IMG/VR virus record: IMGVR_UViG_3300034374_005666
Span: 1-64,000 of that record
Direction: 5' to 3' (one strand)
Source: a virus
DNA: 64,000 bases
The notes under the pieces are model-generated. The model made no database searches, had not been told where the DNA came from, and saw nothing but the letters and a program-made list of their open reading frames with translations. Both the position numbers and the translations under genes were made by a program. Shown here one piece after another: positions 39,769 to 49,447 of this stretch; position 1 is the first letter of the stretch; every line of letters begins with the position of its first letter.

Positions 39769-40534
39769 ATAAGATTGTTTTTACTTCTTCAACTAAATCT
39801 TCCATGCTCCCATTATTATCAATAACTATATCTATATATTCATCTGATATACCTTTCTCTGAAGCATGAGTATCTGTAATACCTACATCTCTTTCCACTT
39901 TGATAATTATTCCACCTCTGTCTTTAATAGCTTTAGCCTCGTTATTATACCTAACATCTGGTATAATCCAGCGTTGTTTCTTAAAGTCAAAATCTTTTAT
40001 TTCGACACACCTTTCACAACCACCGTAAGGACCATGTTTACAATTCTTATAATGACTCTCATCTTCAATTACTTTCTCATTATAATTAGCAAACAAAGCA
40101 TTAACCCAGATATTTTTATGTATTTGTCTACCTACCTCTGTACCTATTAATTGCATAAGTAAACGCGGTGTTATAGATTCCTTTTCTACATGAAAATCTC
40201 TCTCATCAGTACGACCCATAAAAGGCAGCTTATTAATAATAAAGTCATTAGCTTCCTTTTTAGAAGTAAATACTTTAGCAGTACCAGCAAGAACGAAGTA
40301 TCTTTGTCCTTTTTTAATAAACCACCTATCCCACTCTTTACTTAAAACAGTCTCTTTATAAGCTCTATCTTCTAGTAGTTCTACAGGTACACCTAGTATA
40401 TCTGCTACAAATCTTTTAAGTGGATTAGCAAATCTTTTAGTCTTATACTGTTTTTGATGAAGAGTATTTATAATCTTAGCTACTGTATCTTTGCCCGAAC
40501 CTTTAAGACCTGTGACACCAATTAAGTTATTCAT
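39758..40534 (-). CDS. deoxynucleoside monophosphate kinase
   Basis: GLKGSGKDT P-loop, FANPLK, PRLLMQLIGTEVGR, DVRYNNE, HASE. Confidence 0.85.
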   Translation of the reverse strand: MNNLIGVTGLKGSGKDTVAKIINTLHQKQYKTKRFANPLKRFVADILGVPVELLEDRAYKETVLSKEWDRWFIKKGQRYFVLAGTAKVFTSKKEANDFIINKLPFMGRTDERDFHVEKESITPRLLMQLIGTEVGRQIHKNIWVNALFANYNEKVIEDESHYKNCKHGPYGGCERCVEIKDFDFKKQRWIIPDVRYNNEAKAIKDRGGIIIKVERDVGITDTHASEKGISDEYIDIVIDNNGSMEDLVEEVKTILYAS

Positions 40535-40535
40535 A

Positions 40536-40814
40536 TTAAAACCTTTTACTTTTCATAGATAAGTAACTACCTATTAATCCACCAGATAGTGAACATAAAA
40601 CAATAGGTATGTATTGCAATTCAAAATTAGATATAATCTCATGCATACTTACTGCTCCAATAGAAATTGATACAAGCCATGACAAGTGCACAAATGTACC
40701 TGAAATAAGAACTTGTGGAATATCTTGTTTTGCTATAGCTTTAACATTCCATGTCCTACAACCTATAAATACAAGCTGTGTAATAAAAATAATAATTGAA
40801 TACTGTAGTATCAT
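40536..40814 (-). CDS. small multi-TM membrane protein
   Basis: Three hydrophobic segments, GGLIGSY end. Confidence 0.55.
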   Translation of the reverse strand: MILQYSIIIFITQLVFIGCRTWNVKAIAKQDIPQVLISGTFVHLSWLVSISIGAVSMHEIISNFELQYIPIVLCSLSGGLIGSYLSMKSKRF

Positions 40815-40817
40815 AGT

Positions 40818-41669
40818 TTAGAATATGTATCTAATGTTTACTTCAGGTATATACTCATTATACATTTGAGTAAACTGATTAATTAATTGAGCTTTCATAC
40901 GATGCTCATACCTTAGTGTGCATTGTCTATGCTGACTGTTCTTAATCTCTTGTATATCTGGTTGCCACAGTAGTTCTTCAGCTTCAGGGTAGTTTACTAG
41001 ATTGTATTCGTGTAGACCTTTGTCATGTGTTAAGAAAATAACTTCTGACTGTATTCTATCTAAGTACTTAGACTTAGCTATTTGTTCAAACAAATCTCTG
41101 TATAAATGTGACTCACTGGCTCTATATATAACAGGGCTTAGATTAATATTTACGTCCCAACCATGCTCAATAAATCTATCTATAGCTTTTATTCTAATAT
41201 GTATGGGAGTAGTCCCAGGCTCTAATATAGAACTATACTCTTGTGGCATTAAACTAAATCTAATCCTACCTGTATGCTTGAGTAGTTTGTTATTGACAAA
41301 CTTTGTTGCAAAAGTAGGAAATATCTTAGGTCTATCCTTGAACCAATCAAATACATAAGACCAATTGTAGTCAGCATAGTGTCTACTAATATCTGTAGCA
41401 TTAGCTATATCTACACCATACATAGTCTCATGTACTTGATTGGGTATTTTAGGATATGGTTGCTCATTAGCCCACTTGTCTATTACAGCCAGAATATCCA
41501 GCATGTTTTCATTAATGTAACCATGTGTCCTAAATCTTGGATTACGCTTACAATAACAATATCTGCACGATGCACCACAAAAATACAGAAAGTTAGGACT
41601 AGTAATATCTGCACTACGTTTATTAGCCTTCATAGCTAATGTTTTAGTCCTCTGTTTCTTGATTATCAT
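40818..41669 (-). CDS. spore photoproduct lyase-like radical SAM protein
   Basis: CxxxCxYC (CGASCRYC), FATK, RIRFSLMP, NLSPVI and LRY motifs of the SPL-like family. Confidence 0.8.
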   Translation of the reverse strand: MIIKKQRTKTLAMKANKRSADITSPNFLYFCGASCRYCYCKRNPRFRTHGYINENMLDILAVIDKWANEQPYPKIPNQVHETMYGVDIANATDISRHYADYNWSYVFDWFKDRPKIFPTFATKFVNNKLLKHTGRIRFSLMPQEYSSILEPGTTPIHIRIKAIDRFIEHGWDVNINLSPVIYRASESHLYRDLFEQIAKSKYLDRIQSEVIFLTHDKGLHEYNLVNYPEAEELLWQPDIQEIKNSQHRQCTLRYEHRMKAQLINQFTQMYNEYIPEVNIRYIF

Positions 41670-42156
41670 TGATGCTCTTTAAGATAGAAGTATATGTATC
41701 AAACTTCTCTTTGTGGTAAGAGTATTCTTCAACTGTTTCTTTGTACTTTGTATACTGTCTTTCGTGGTACTCAGTTTGACCTTTAATATAATCTCTATAT
41801 TGATCTTTAACTATGTCAAAGTTCATAGGAACTTTCTTAGTATCTTCAAGTTCTTTCTGTAATCTTTCTATTTGACGTTCAATTCTTTCAATCTTTTTAG
41901 TCTGAAGAGTTTCAGATATTCTATTTCTATTCTTGATAAAATACTGTGCAAACTCTGCACTCATACTGCTTACATGGTCATATAGAATATCATCTAAGCT
42001 TTCTTCAATATCATCGTAATTGACTATTTCAGGATCAACATACACTCTAAAAGTATACAAGTCCTCTCCATCTTCTATACGTACATAGAGTTGACGTTGC
42101 AAGTCACTATTAAATAGATTATATCTACCTATAAGATCTGTTGTTTTAATTTTCAT
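41644..42156 (-). CDS. hypothetical coiled-coil protein
   Basis: 170-aa ORF. Confidence 0.55.
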   Translation of the reverse strand: MKIKTTDLIGRYNLFNSDLQRQLYVRIEDGEDLYTFRVYVDPEIVNYDDIEESLDDILYDHVSSMSAEFAQYFIKNRNRISETLQTKKIERIERQIERLQKELEDTKKVPMNFDIVKDQYRDYIKGQTEYHERQYTKYKETVEEYSYHKEKFDTYTSILKSINDNQETED

Positions 42157-42580
42157 CTTTGATTAATTTTAAAGCTCTGTAAAGACCTTTCTCAAGTGCT
42201 TCCTCATAAGTACTAAAGACTTCTACAGAAGCTATTGTAGAGCCTGTATATGTAGCTTGTGGATGTAATGATTGAATGGTGTAAACCCAACTAAGTGTAA
42301 TATCTGTACTAATATGTACTGCTATACCATGCTTATCTCTGAGCCATTTTTGTAACATAGACTGAGTAGGTACAGAACAATAGTTTCCTATTAAGTTTTT
42401 GTCATTGTAGTCTTCTAACAAATCTTCTACATCAGCTTCAAATTCTACATCAGTACTACTACCATTTTCTGTCCAATTTGGATATAGTTTTTCTTTATGA
42501 TAGTGATAAAGACATAGCCAATTAAACCCTATCTTTTTAGCTAACTTAGCTACATCAAAAGATATCAATTGTTCATTCAT
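42146..42580 (-). CDS. Bacteroidetes-phage-type hypothetical protein
   Basis: SFDVAKLAKKIGF...PTQSMLQKWLR...TYEEALEKGL, a recurrent phage pattern. Confidence 0.65.
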   Translation of the reverse strand: MNEQLISFDVAKLAKKIGFNWLCLYHYHKEKLYPNWTENGSSTDVEFEADVEDLLEDYNDKNLIGNYCSVPTQSMLQKWLRDKHGIAVHISTDITLSWVYTIQSLHPQATYTGSTIASVEVFSTYEEALEKGLYRALKLIKDEN

Positions 42581-42591
42581 TATATTACATT

Positions 42592-42864
42592 TTAAAGTCC
42601 AATGTTTCTAAATACTTTATAACCTGGAGTCTTTTTTAACTTATTAAACAAAAAGTCTATAGCATCTTTTATCATATCAGTGTGAGTCCAATCTTCTCCA
42701 TAAAAAAACCCTTTAACTTCTATACGACCTTTTATTTTATACCATAATTGTCTATCTGCATCTATTCTCCAACTTACAAAATGACTGACTACATCCATTT
42801 TATCACCTACTGCAAAGTCATTGTCTTTAACTACACAGTAGCTATGAGTTGTTATTGTTGGCAT
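42592..42864 (-). CDS. hypothetical protein
   Basis: 90-aa ORF. Confidence 0.5.
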   Translation of the reverse strand: MPTITTHSYCVVKDNDFAVGDKMDVVSHFVSWRIDADRQLWYKIKGRIEVKGFFYGEDWTHTDMIKDAIDFLFNKLKKTPGYKVFRNIGL

Positions 42865-43067
42865 TGTGTTTTTTTAATAGGATTACCCCAATCATCTTCT
42901 GTTTTATCTCCTGTATAAGGAGTAACTTTAAGCGTAAGAACAGGTTTGACTATAAAAGCTGTACCACAACAATTAGAAACAGCTAAGTTTGTATTGTGAT
43001 ATCTTTCTGCATTCCTGTACACTACAAAGTCTATATCTATTTCTTTATTACAATTAGGACATTTCAT
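42852..43067 (-). CDS. small zinc-ribbon protein
   Basis: CPNC...NCCG. Confidence 0.55.
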   Translation of the reverse strand: MKCPNCNKEIDIDFVVYRNAERYHNTNLAVSNCCGTAFIVKPVLTLKVTPYTGDKTEDDWGNPIKKTQCQQ

Positions 43068-43371
43068 CTTCTTTCTTTGTTAATTTAAAATCACCATAGT
43101 ATAAAGAACCTGATAATACAAATACTTGATTGTTCTTTTTATAAGTATTCCAAAAGTCTACTTGGAAACCATTAATATCTGATTCTATAAGTTCAAAACC
43201 TGCATCTTTAATAATTTCATCTATTAAGCCTACAGGAATAAATGGTAACTTGCCAGTTTTATCATAAGCCTGGTCTTTCAGAATACTCTCAATCCAACCT
43301 ATTCTGTTAGAAAGTTCTACGTCATTTAGCTTATAAAACTTTTTGAGTCTATCTCTCTTTTCTTCATTCAT
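43054..43371 (-). CDS. hypothetical protein
   Basis: 105-aa ORF. Confidence 0.55.
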   Translation of the reverse strand: MNEEKRDRLKKFYKLNDVELSNRIGWIESILKDQAYDKTGKLPFIPVGLIDEIIKDAGFELIESDINGFQVDFWNTYKKNNQVFVLSGSLYYGDFKLTKKEDEMS

Positions 43372-43385
43372 AAGTTTATTAAATT

Positions 43386-43420
43386 AAAAAACCAGCTTAC
43401 CCATTACAGATAAACTGGTT
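43386..43420 (-). terminator. Rho-independent terminator
   Basis: AACCAG...CTGGTT stem followed by a T-run on the - strand. Confidence 0.6.
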
Positions 43421-43441
43421 CAAATAAGTTTGGAGTTAATT

Positions 43442-43684
43442 TTAACCAAAGACTACCTCCAGTGTAATACCATCTGAGTCTACTGATTCAACAGTAAAAC
43501 CTGCTTCTTTCATAGGAGCAGTGACATCTTCAGTGAAAGACAGATCATCTGTACGTAGTTCCACTTTAGTGATTTGCTTTTCTGCATACGGAAGATCACT
43601 GTCTTCTACTTGAAGACGAATGGTTCCCTCTGCAAATAAACCAAGCAGTGCGGGGTCTTGAGCCAAAAATTCTGTAACAGTCAT
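43442..43684 (-). CDS. small acidic protein
   Basis: 80 aa, between two terminator-like hairpins. Confidence 0.6.
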   Translation of the reverse strand: MTVTEFLAQDPALLGLFAEGTIRLQVEDSDLPYAEKQITKVELRTDDLSFTEDVTAPMKEAGFTVESVDSDGITLEVVFG

Positions 43685-43761
43685 AATATTTTTATTTGAT
43701 GAGTTGCCAATATAGGTATAATAAAGCTATTATGCTATACCTTTTATATTAAGCAATCATT

Positions 43762-43797
43762 AAAAAAGGCTGATCCAGATTGTAATCCAGACCAGCC
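43762..43797 (-). terminator. Rho-independent terminator
   Basis: GGCTG...CAGCC stem with T6 on the - strand. Confidence 0.65.
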
Positions 43798-43823
43798 ACT
43801 AAACCAATCAATTATGAAAAACA

Positions 43824-43976
43824 TCAGTTAAGACCTTTCTCCCATTCATCTTGCTTCTTCTTACGAATGAGCTTACGTTTTTCTTTTGCTTGTTTACGAT
43901 TATCTCTATTAGTCTTTCTCTTAGAACTGCCTGGTTTTAGTAGTTCTTTGATTTCGTTCTTTTTTCCATTTGCCAT
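43824..43976 (-). CDS. small highly basic protein (50 aa, not in ORF track)
   Basis: MANGKKNEIKELLKPGSSKRKTNRDNRKQAKEKRKLIRKKK... Confidence 0.45.
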   Translation of the reverse strand: MANGKKNEIKELLKPGSSKRKTNRDNRKQAKEKRKLIRKKKQDEWEKGLN

Positions 43977-44419
43977 TTGAATCCAATATTAAAGTTAAAA
44001 AATCCAGTGTTATCAATCATACCTAGTTTCCAACCCATGTTGAAATCCAGCTTCTTTACAATAGTAATTAAATCTGCCTGAAGCTCAAGACCGTACATCA
44101 AATGCTTTCTTTGCCATGCATAATCCATAAAGAATCCAGCATAGTAATCTACCTCATCTGATACACCTGCCTTTACACCTATAGTATTAGCTCTGTTGAG
44201 AACCTGTTCATTATACTCTTCCAGGTAGCCTATTCTTGCACCTACGTATGTAGCTATTTCATTAGGTATTTTATTAAATTGATAAACAACTTCTTTGTTA
44301 GACCATGATCCAACATTAACAGTATTGTCTCCATTATTGTAGATCATCACGCCACCATTAATACTACTACTCAATTGTCCAAACAGGCTAAATGGTAAAA
44401 ATAATAGTATATATTTCAT
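43937..44419 (-). CDS. signal-peptide protein with outer-membrane beta-barrel-like strands
   Basis: MKYILLFLPFSLFG|Q; alternating amphipathic strands (YVGARIGY, YGLELQAD, FNFNIGFKW). Confidence 0.5.
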   Translation of the reverse strand: MKYILLFLPFSLFGQLSSSINGGVMIYNNGDNTVNVGSWSNKEVVYQFNKIPNEIATYVGARIGYLEEYNEQVLNRANTIGVKAGVSDEVDYYAGFFMDYAWQRKHLMYGLELQADLITIVKKLDFNMGWKLGMIDNTGFFNFNIGFKWQMEKRTKSKNY

Positions 44420-45159
44420 AGTTCATTAATTTGTCTCAAGCTATCAATAACTGCTCCAGCCTGCATTTCATCACCAGAATTAGCTAAGTACTTAGCTTTC
44501 TCTATGTTTGTATAGAACTCAGGCTCAAGTATAAAACTCAGATAAGGTGTATCATAGAGCATAGGAAAACGTCTGTTGTTATTCATCTTAATACCTCTGT
44601 CTCTGGATTGATGACGTTTGACCATGTTATCCTGAAATATCTGAGCATACAGCAATCTTTTTGCTCTATTGGCTAGTACATCAGCAATCCATGTTTCAGA
44701 GCCTGTGACGTTGTTCCAAGAGTCTGTATGAGCATTTGCGTGTTGATCTATAATAATAGGTTCAAGACCTGCTGGTACAGAAATTAAGTACTTAATAATT
44801 TGCACCCTTTCAGGTATGCAGTTACCATAGCATTCCACTAAGTAATCATTACCAATAGCATATTTCCATCCAAGATTATCAAGTTTATTTTTAATAATTT
44901 CTACAGTACGTTTGTTGTACTCATACTCTATAAACTGAAACCCATTATACTTAGGTGATCTTTTACCCTTAGTCATTGGCCCATGCCCATAGAATAGAAT
45001 AGGAAATATCTTTTGTACAGTTTTCGGCTTAACTTCTATAACTGGTTTATTAACTTTTACTGTAATAGTATCAGTTGCAAGTATTATCTCTGACGCATCT
45101 ACTATATCTCTGGTAGGAGTAAACAGATTTATCAACCACCTAAGTATACGAGTTATCAT
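44416..45159 (-). CDS. N-acetylmuramoyl-L-alanine amidase (Amidase_3), putative endolysin
   Basis: GHG...E...HANA...GSE...ILE Zn-amidase motifs. Confidence 0.85.
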   Translation of the reverse strand: MITRILRWLINLFTPTRDIVDASEIILATDTITVKVNKPVIEVKPKTVQKIFPILFYGHGPMTKGKRSPKYNGFQFIEYEYNKRTVEIIKNKLDNLGWKYAIGNDYLVECYGNCIPERVQIIKYLISVPAGLEPIIIDQHANAHTDSWNNVTGSETWIADVLANRAKRLLYAQIFQDNMVKRHQSRDRGIKMNNNRRFPMLYDTPYLSFILEPEFYTNIEKAKYLANSGDEMQAGAVIDSLRQINEL

Positions 45160-45371
45160 GTCTGGTCTATTTCATCGTCTAAAGGAAGTATTCTCTCAAT
45201 AAGCTCTTGGCTCCAACTGGCACTTAATAACAGAGACTTAAATATTTCAGCCATTTCCCAGATAGTTAAATCATCATGGTCTTTTTCTATTGTTATCTTT
45301 TTGCCGTGTACTTCCAGGCTTATTTTGAATTTGCTTTTTGATTCTGTCATTTTCTGCATTGATTTTGTCAA
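45156..45371 (-). CDS. hypothetical protein
   Basis: 71-aa ORF with 4-nt overlaps. Confidence 0.55.
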   Translation of the reverse strand: MTKSMQKMTESKSKFKISLEVHGKKITIEKDHDDLTIWEMAEIFKSLLLSASWSQELIERILPLDDEIDQT

Positions 45372-45616
45372 TTACTTTCTTGAGCTTTTCTTTTATAGGA
45401 GTCGTATCCATGCTGCTTTATAATTTGTTCTACATCACCAATAATTTTATCAGCTACTTCATCGTCAGGAAAAGACAAATATAATTCTCTACTTGCTCTA
45501 TCGTGCCCTTCGTAAGTAACAGTTTTGCTAGTCTTGAGTTTCTTAGCTATATTTTTTACAAATCTTCTAAACTGTTGTCTGTTAACAGATATGAGCTTTA
45601 AAGTTCTATAAACCAT
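45368..45616 (-). CDS. hypothetical protein
   Basis: 82-aa ORF. Confidence 0.55.
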   Translation of the reverse strand: MVYRTLKLISVNRQQFRRFVKNIAKKLKTSKTVTYEGHDRASRELYLSFPDDEVADKIIGDVEQIIKQHGYDSYKRKAQESN

Positions 45617-45655
45617 AATCTTTTCTTTTACTTACTGCAAGTATAAAAAGTACCA

Positions 45656-46081
45656 TTAATCCAATAACCATGACATATCTGCTTTAGTATAGTTAATGCC
45701 TTTCTTGTACTTACCAGATTTAGAGTCATAGATAACATAGTACTCTCCATCTTCATCAGTATGTTTTTCGTACATACAGTCTACATTCTTTTCTTTATAC
45801 TTCTCAATAGAGTCTTCAGCTTGTTTCTGAGTCAGACAAACTTTAGACATATTGGATAGATATACTTCTCTGTAAGCTTTTAGAGTATTGTTATATCCTA
45901 TACTGGCTATCAACCATCCAATAACTACCCACAATATATCTACTGCTTCTTTAACTTGTTCAGGTAAAGTTTTAGCTTCAAAGAACTCATCTACTTCTTC
46001 TTGTATCAAGTTTCTGTATAGCTCAGCATCTGGTTCTTGCTTAAACTTCTTGAATGTAAGTTTAACAAATTCGTGTATCAT
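45656..46081 (-). CDS. MazG-like nucleoside triphosphate pyrophosphohydrolase
   Basis: LIQEEVDEF...EAVDILWV...VYLSNMSK...GKYKKG. Confidence 0.8.
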   Translation of the reverse strand: MIHEFVKLTFKKFKQEPDAELYRNLIQEEVDEFFEAKTLPEQVKEAVDILWVVIGWLIASIGYNNTLKAYREVYLSNMSKVCLTQKQAEDSIEKYKEKNVDCMYEKHTDEDGEYYVIYDSKSGKYKKGINYTKADMSWLLD

Positions 46082-46114
46082 TTAGTATTAGTTTTTCAAA
46101 ATCTTTTTAAAAAT

Positions 46115-46140
46115 GTAGAGGAGATCAATGTCTCCCCTAC
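46115..46140 (-). terminator. hairpin/terminator
   Basis: GTAGAGGAGA-TCAATG-TCTCCCCTAC with adjacent A-run on the + strand. Confidence 0.55.
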
Positions 46141-46147
46141 AAATATA
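46140..46147 (-). promoter_or_regulatory. Bacteroidetes housekeeping -7 promoter element (TAnnTTTG)
   Basis: TATATTTG on the - strand upstream of 46081. Confidence 0.45.
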
Positions 46148-46148
46148 G

Positions 46149-46784
46149 TTATTTATAATTAAATATTTCTTCTACCTCTCTAATCATGTAGTCTAATTCA
46201 CTGTCTTCAAACAGTGTAATCCATGTAGTGTCATTGACCTTTCTCTCTATAGCATCTTCTGTATTATAATACTTTCTATAGTGATTTAGCTCTTCCTCAA
46301 ATGCAATACGTCTTTCTTCAGTTTGCAGCATAGTTGCAGTAGCTTGTGTATTACCTATATGCTTAATAATATATTCATACACTTGCTCTTTACTGAACAT
46401 CTTACTATACTTAGACTGCATGAACATATCATAGGCTTGTCTAAATTCAGATGGCACATTGATAACAATCATGTGCAGTCTTCCACCTAAAAGTTCTCCA
46501 AATGGATAGTCTGATACATAACTGTTGCTCTGTAATAGCGGAAGTACTCTTGCAAAGTCATTGCTCTTAGCTACATCTACAAGCAAGAATAAACTGTAAT
46601 CATGTGGATTATCATAGTCATTAATACCTACTGCATATACATACATATGCTTAAGGCGTTCTACAAACAATTCACCATAGTACAGAATGACAGGAGCTAG
46701 AAGATACTTTCTGGTCTTATTATTGTACTCACGTACACCAAGTTCTATATCTTTACTGATACTCTCTAATGTCATAATGCCCAT
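46149..46784 (-). CDS. hypothetical protein of the replication module
   Basis: 211 aa; KTRKYLLAP, HMIVI and SKYSKM patterns. Confidence 0.6.
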   Translation of the reverse strand: MGIMTLESISKDIELGVREYNNKTRKYLLAPVILYYGELFVERLKHMYVYAVGINDYDNPHDYSLFLLVDVAKSNDFARVLPLLQSNSYVSDYPFGELLGGRLHMIVINVPSEFRQAYDMFMQSKYSKMFSKEQVYEYIIKHIGNTQATATMLQTEERRIAFEEELNHYRKYYNTEDAIERKVNDTTWITLFEDSELDYMIREVEEIFNYK

Positions 46785-47863
46785 GCGTTTGTGTGGAATA
46801 TACCACCATTCTCAATAACCTCTTTATCATATTGCATTTCTGCATGATACTCCTGATACCATCTGTACAGATACAAAGCTTGTCTCCAACCAAGTACATC
46901 CAAATCAAGCCTGGAAGACAGAGTATTCAAATCTACATTGAATGTAGTTGCAGGCATAACTTCATAACCTTTATCAGTAGGAATACGCCTACCTCCCCAT
47001 TCACCAACTTGTTCGTCGTAGTTACTCAGTACATGTACATATGGAGTTTGTCCTATACCTCCTACTATAAAGTGGAAGTTGCATAGTTCATACTCATGTA
47101 ATGCGTTATTGAGCATCCATTGTTTCAAGCCATATCTGTAAAAGCTTCCCTGAATATCATATCTGAACTTAAGCAAATTAAAATACCTGGTACTTGTAGT
47201 AATTACTTTATAGTCAATGGGTACAATAGACTTAGCAGGTATAATATAGCCATCATTGACCATTATAGGACTGTCATTATGATTGATAATAACATAGTCC
47301 AGCATACCTTTCAAATCAAATCCATCTGCTGTAAAATAAATCTCTAATTGAAATTTAGTTTCACATCCATCTGGTAGATCATGGAATGCAGATGTAAATG
47401 TACCATGCAGTATACTATCTCTGACTTTGATAGCATTATCAAATGTCTCTTGGTCTATAATAGTCTTGTCAATATGTTCAAGACGATTGTTGTAATAAGT
47501 TACACATTCTCTATACAGGTAATCAAAACGTCTGTCATCAGCTGGGTCTTTGTATGTAGACCTGTATTCATTTTTATCCATCAAATGCTGTAGATAATCT
47601 TTATCCAGTTCTTTAAAACCAACCTTGTCTACTCCTGAGCTATAGTAGTTGTCAATAATGTCATCCACAATAGTTCTTGGTTTGTCTCCAATTTTATCAT
47701 CTATAATAGCATATTGCTCATCTACTAAATCAGGCGTAGTAAGTAAACAATCTACCAAGCTTCCAAACTGCATGGCTGAACTTTCCTTTGGCTCAGCAAA
47801 TCTGCCAGAAATCAATCTTTTCAACTCTGATTGACTAATCTCTGGTCTTTCTCTGTAATTCAT
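46772..47863 (-). CDS. PD-(D/E)XK exonuclease (RecE/ExoVIII-like)
   Basis: ISQSELK, GSLVDCLL, KGMLD, IDYK and YDIQGSFY. Confidence 0.8.
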   Translation of the reverse strand: MNYRERPEISQSELKRLISGRFAEPKESSAMQFGSLVDCLLTTPDLVDEQYAIIDDKIGDKPRTIVDDIIDNYYSSGVDKVGFKELDKDYLQHLMDKNEYRSTYKDPADDRRFDYLYRECVTYYNNRLEHIDKTIIDQETFDNAIKVRDSILHGTFTSAFHDLPDGCETKFQLEIYFTADGFDLKGMLDYVIINHNDSPIMVNDGYIIPAKSIVPIDYKVITTSTRYFNLLKFRYDIQGSFYRYGLKQWMLNNALHEYELCNFHFIVGGIGQTPYVHVLSNYDEQVGEWGGRRIPTDKGYEVMPATTFNVDLNTLSSRLDLDVLGWRQALYLYRWYQEYHAEMQYDKEVIENGGIFHTNAWAL

Positions 47864-48266
47864 ATTTATGTTTTATCAAGTTCTCAAATGCGTCAAGACG
47901 CATAGTCACTACATCTCCATAGTACATCTTATTGCGTTTCTTCTTGACTCTTATCTCTGTAAGTAGATAGTCTATATCCAGATCAAATAGTGGCTGTACA
48001 TCTATTGGCTTAGTCTTTGTGCTTGAAGTAGTTGTACCTTTACACTGATACTTATCTGTAATACCAGTTCGTGGATTGAAATAAATATCAACACCCAGAT
48101 TATCCAGGTGTTGATTAATTAATTCTGATCTGGCTATGTCAAAGTCATGTACATTACTAGTACCATCACGGTTCTTTCTGTATATTACAAGACCAAATAT
48201 ATCAGCTAACCATTTAATGAATTTAGACTCTACTCTCCTCCCATATGCTTTATTGCGGCTCGCCAT
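47835..48266 (-). CDS. PD-(D/E)XK endonuclease, Holliday-junction-resolvase-like
   Basis: GRRVE...GVDI...QCK motif set. Confidence 0.6.
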   Translation of the reverse strand: MASRNKAYGRRVESKFIKWLADIFGLVIYRKNRDGTSNVHDFDIARSELINQHLDNLGVDIYFNPRTGITDKYQCKGTTTSSTKTKPIDVQPLFDLDIDYLLTEIRVKKKRNKMYYGDVVTMRLDAFENLIKHKYELQRKTRD

Positions 48267-48825
48267 TGTAAATTAATTTACCAAGACTACTATAATAGTT
48301 CTGCATCTCTGCAAAGTCTTTAAACTCAGGAGATGGTATTTTGTCTATAAATATATCCTCTATACTTTTTACAACAAGAAACTGTGCTCCCTGAGCTACA
48401 TGTGGCAGGATAAACTCATCATTAACTCTCTTGTATAAGTTCTTATACATTGAGTCTTTACTAACAAACTCATAACTGACATAGATACGTATAGATTTAT
48501 TTATAGCATTCCTGCATACAAGCAAACCTGTACCATTGTTATTAGCTATATATCCACGACCTATATAAAACCTGTTATCTAATCTGTCTATAGTTCTGTA
48601 CAACTTATTATATTTACTAATAAAGACTCCTTGAATATTATTATAACTATATCCAATTCTGTCTGAAATCATGTCTCTATTAGGAAACTTATAAACACTA
48701 GCGTCAGCAAGTGCCTCAAACCATACAGGATGCCATAATCTGGATGTAACATTACAATAATCTGCTACTGCTTTTTCGTAATCATAGCTTCTTCTACGAT
48801 AATATACTTCATTCAAACTCCACAT
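48250..48825 (-). CDS. hypothetical protein coupled downstream of E1
   Basis: 191-aa ORF overlapping the ThiF gene. Confidence 0.55.
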   Translation of the reverse strand: MWSLNEVYYRRRSYDYEKAVADYCNVTSRLWHPVWFEALADASVYKFPNRDMISDRIGYSYNNIQGVFISKYNKLYRTIDRLDNRFYIGRGYIANNNGTGLLVCRNAINKSIRIYVSYEFVSKDSMYKNLYKRVNDEFILPHVAQGAQFLVVKSIEDIFIDKIPSPEFKDFAEMQNYYSSLGKLIYNGEPQ

Positions 48826-49447
48826 AACTCATCGATGTTACATTAGTAGTTCTAAATTTATACGGTCTGCCAGCTACATAGTTAATTAATCCTTCTACAG
48901 CATGCGCTACATGGAATGCAATATGAGTAGTCTGCTTCATAGTACAGACTGGATCAGTTACTTCTGAATCATCAAACAGTGTACTCTCATACTTTTCTAT
49001 ACTCGATTCATCTACAATAAATATATCTGACTGTTCAAAGTCTAGTCTGACATCTATAAACAAACTCTTATTCTCATATCTCTTCCATTTATCAAATGCA
49101 ATCTTTCGTGTAGCCATATTGTCTACCATACTACACATAATAGGTGCTACCATAGAATTAGCTGTATACTTCTCTTGCAATGTGATTATCTCTACATCTG
49201 TAAACTCTTTCACGTTGGTTTTCAAAGCTTCAACTTTGGGTTGTCCAACCTGATTAAGTTTAAAAAATTGCCCACTATTATTTCTGGACTCTATCAAATC
49301 ATCGTCATATACAGCCAGGTTTGTAACTCCAGCTCTGGCTAATAATAGAGTTAGCCATGAGCCTGTTCCACCTGCACCTATTACAAGTACTTGTTGTTTA
49401 CGAATATCATCGTACCAGCTTGCTCCTTTAAAACTATCGTGGTTCAT
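48809..49447 (-). CDS. ThiF/MoeB/E1-like adenylating enzyme
   Basis: GAGGTGS, DDDLIESRNNSGQ, KV, VDN..R and candidate catalytic Cys in DPVCT. Confidence 0.9.
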   Translation of the reverse strand: MNHDSFKGASWYDDIRKQQVLVIGAGGTGSWLTLLLARAGVTNLAVYDDDLIESRNNSGQFFKLNQVGQPKVEALKTNVKEFTDVEIITLQEKYTANSMVAPIMCSMVDNMATRKIAFDKWKRYENKSLFIDVRLDFEQSDIFIVDESSIEKYESTLFDDSEVTDPVCTMKQTTHIAFHVAHAVEGLINYVAGRPYKFRTTNVTSMSYVEFE

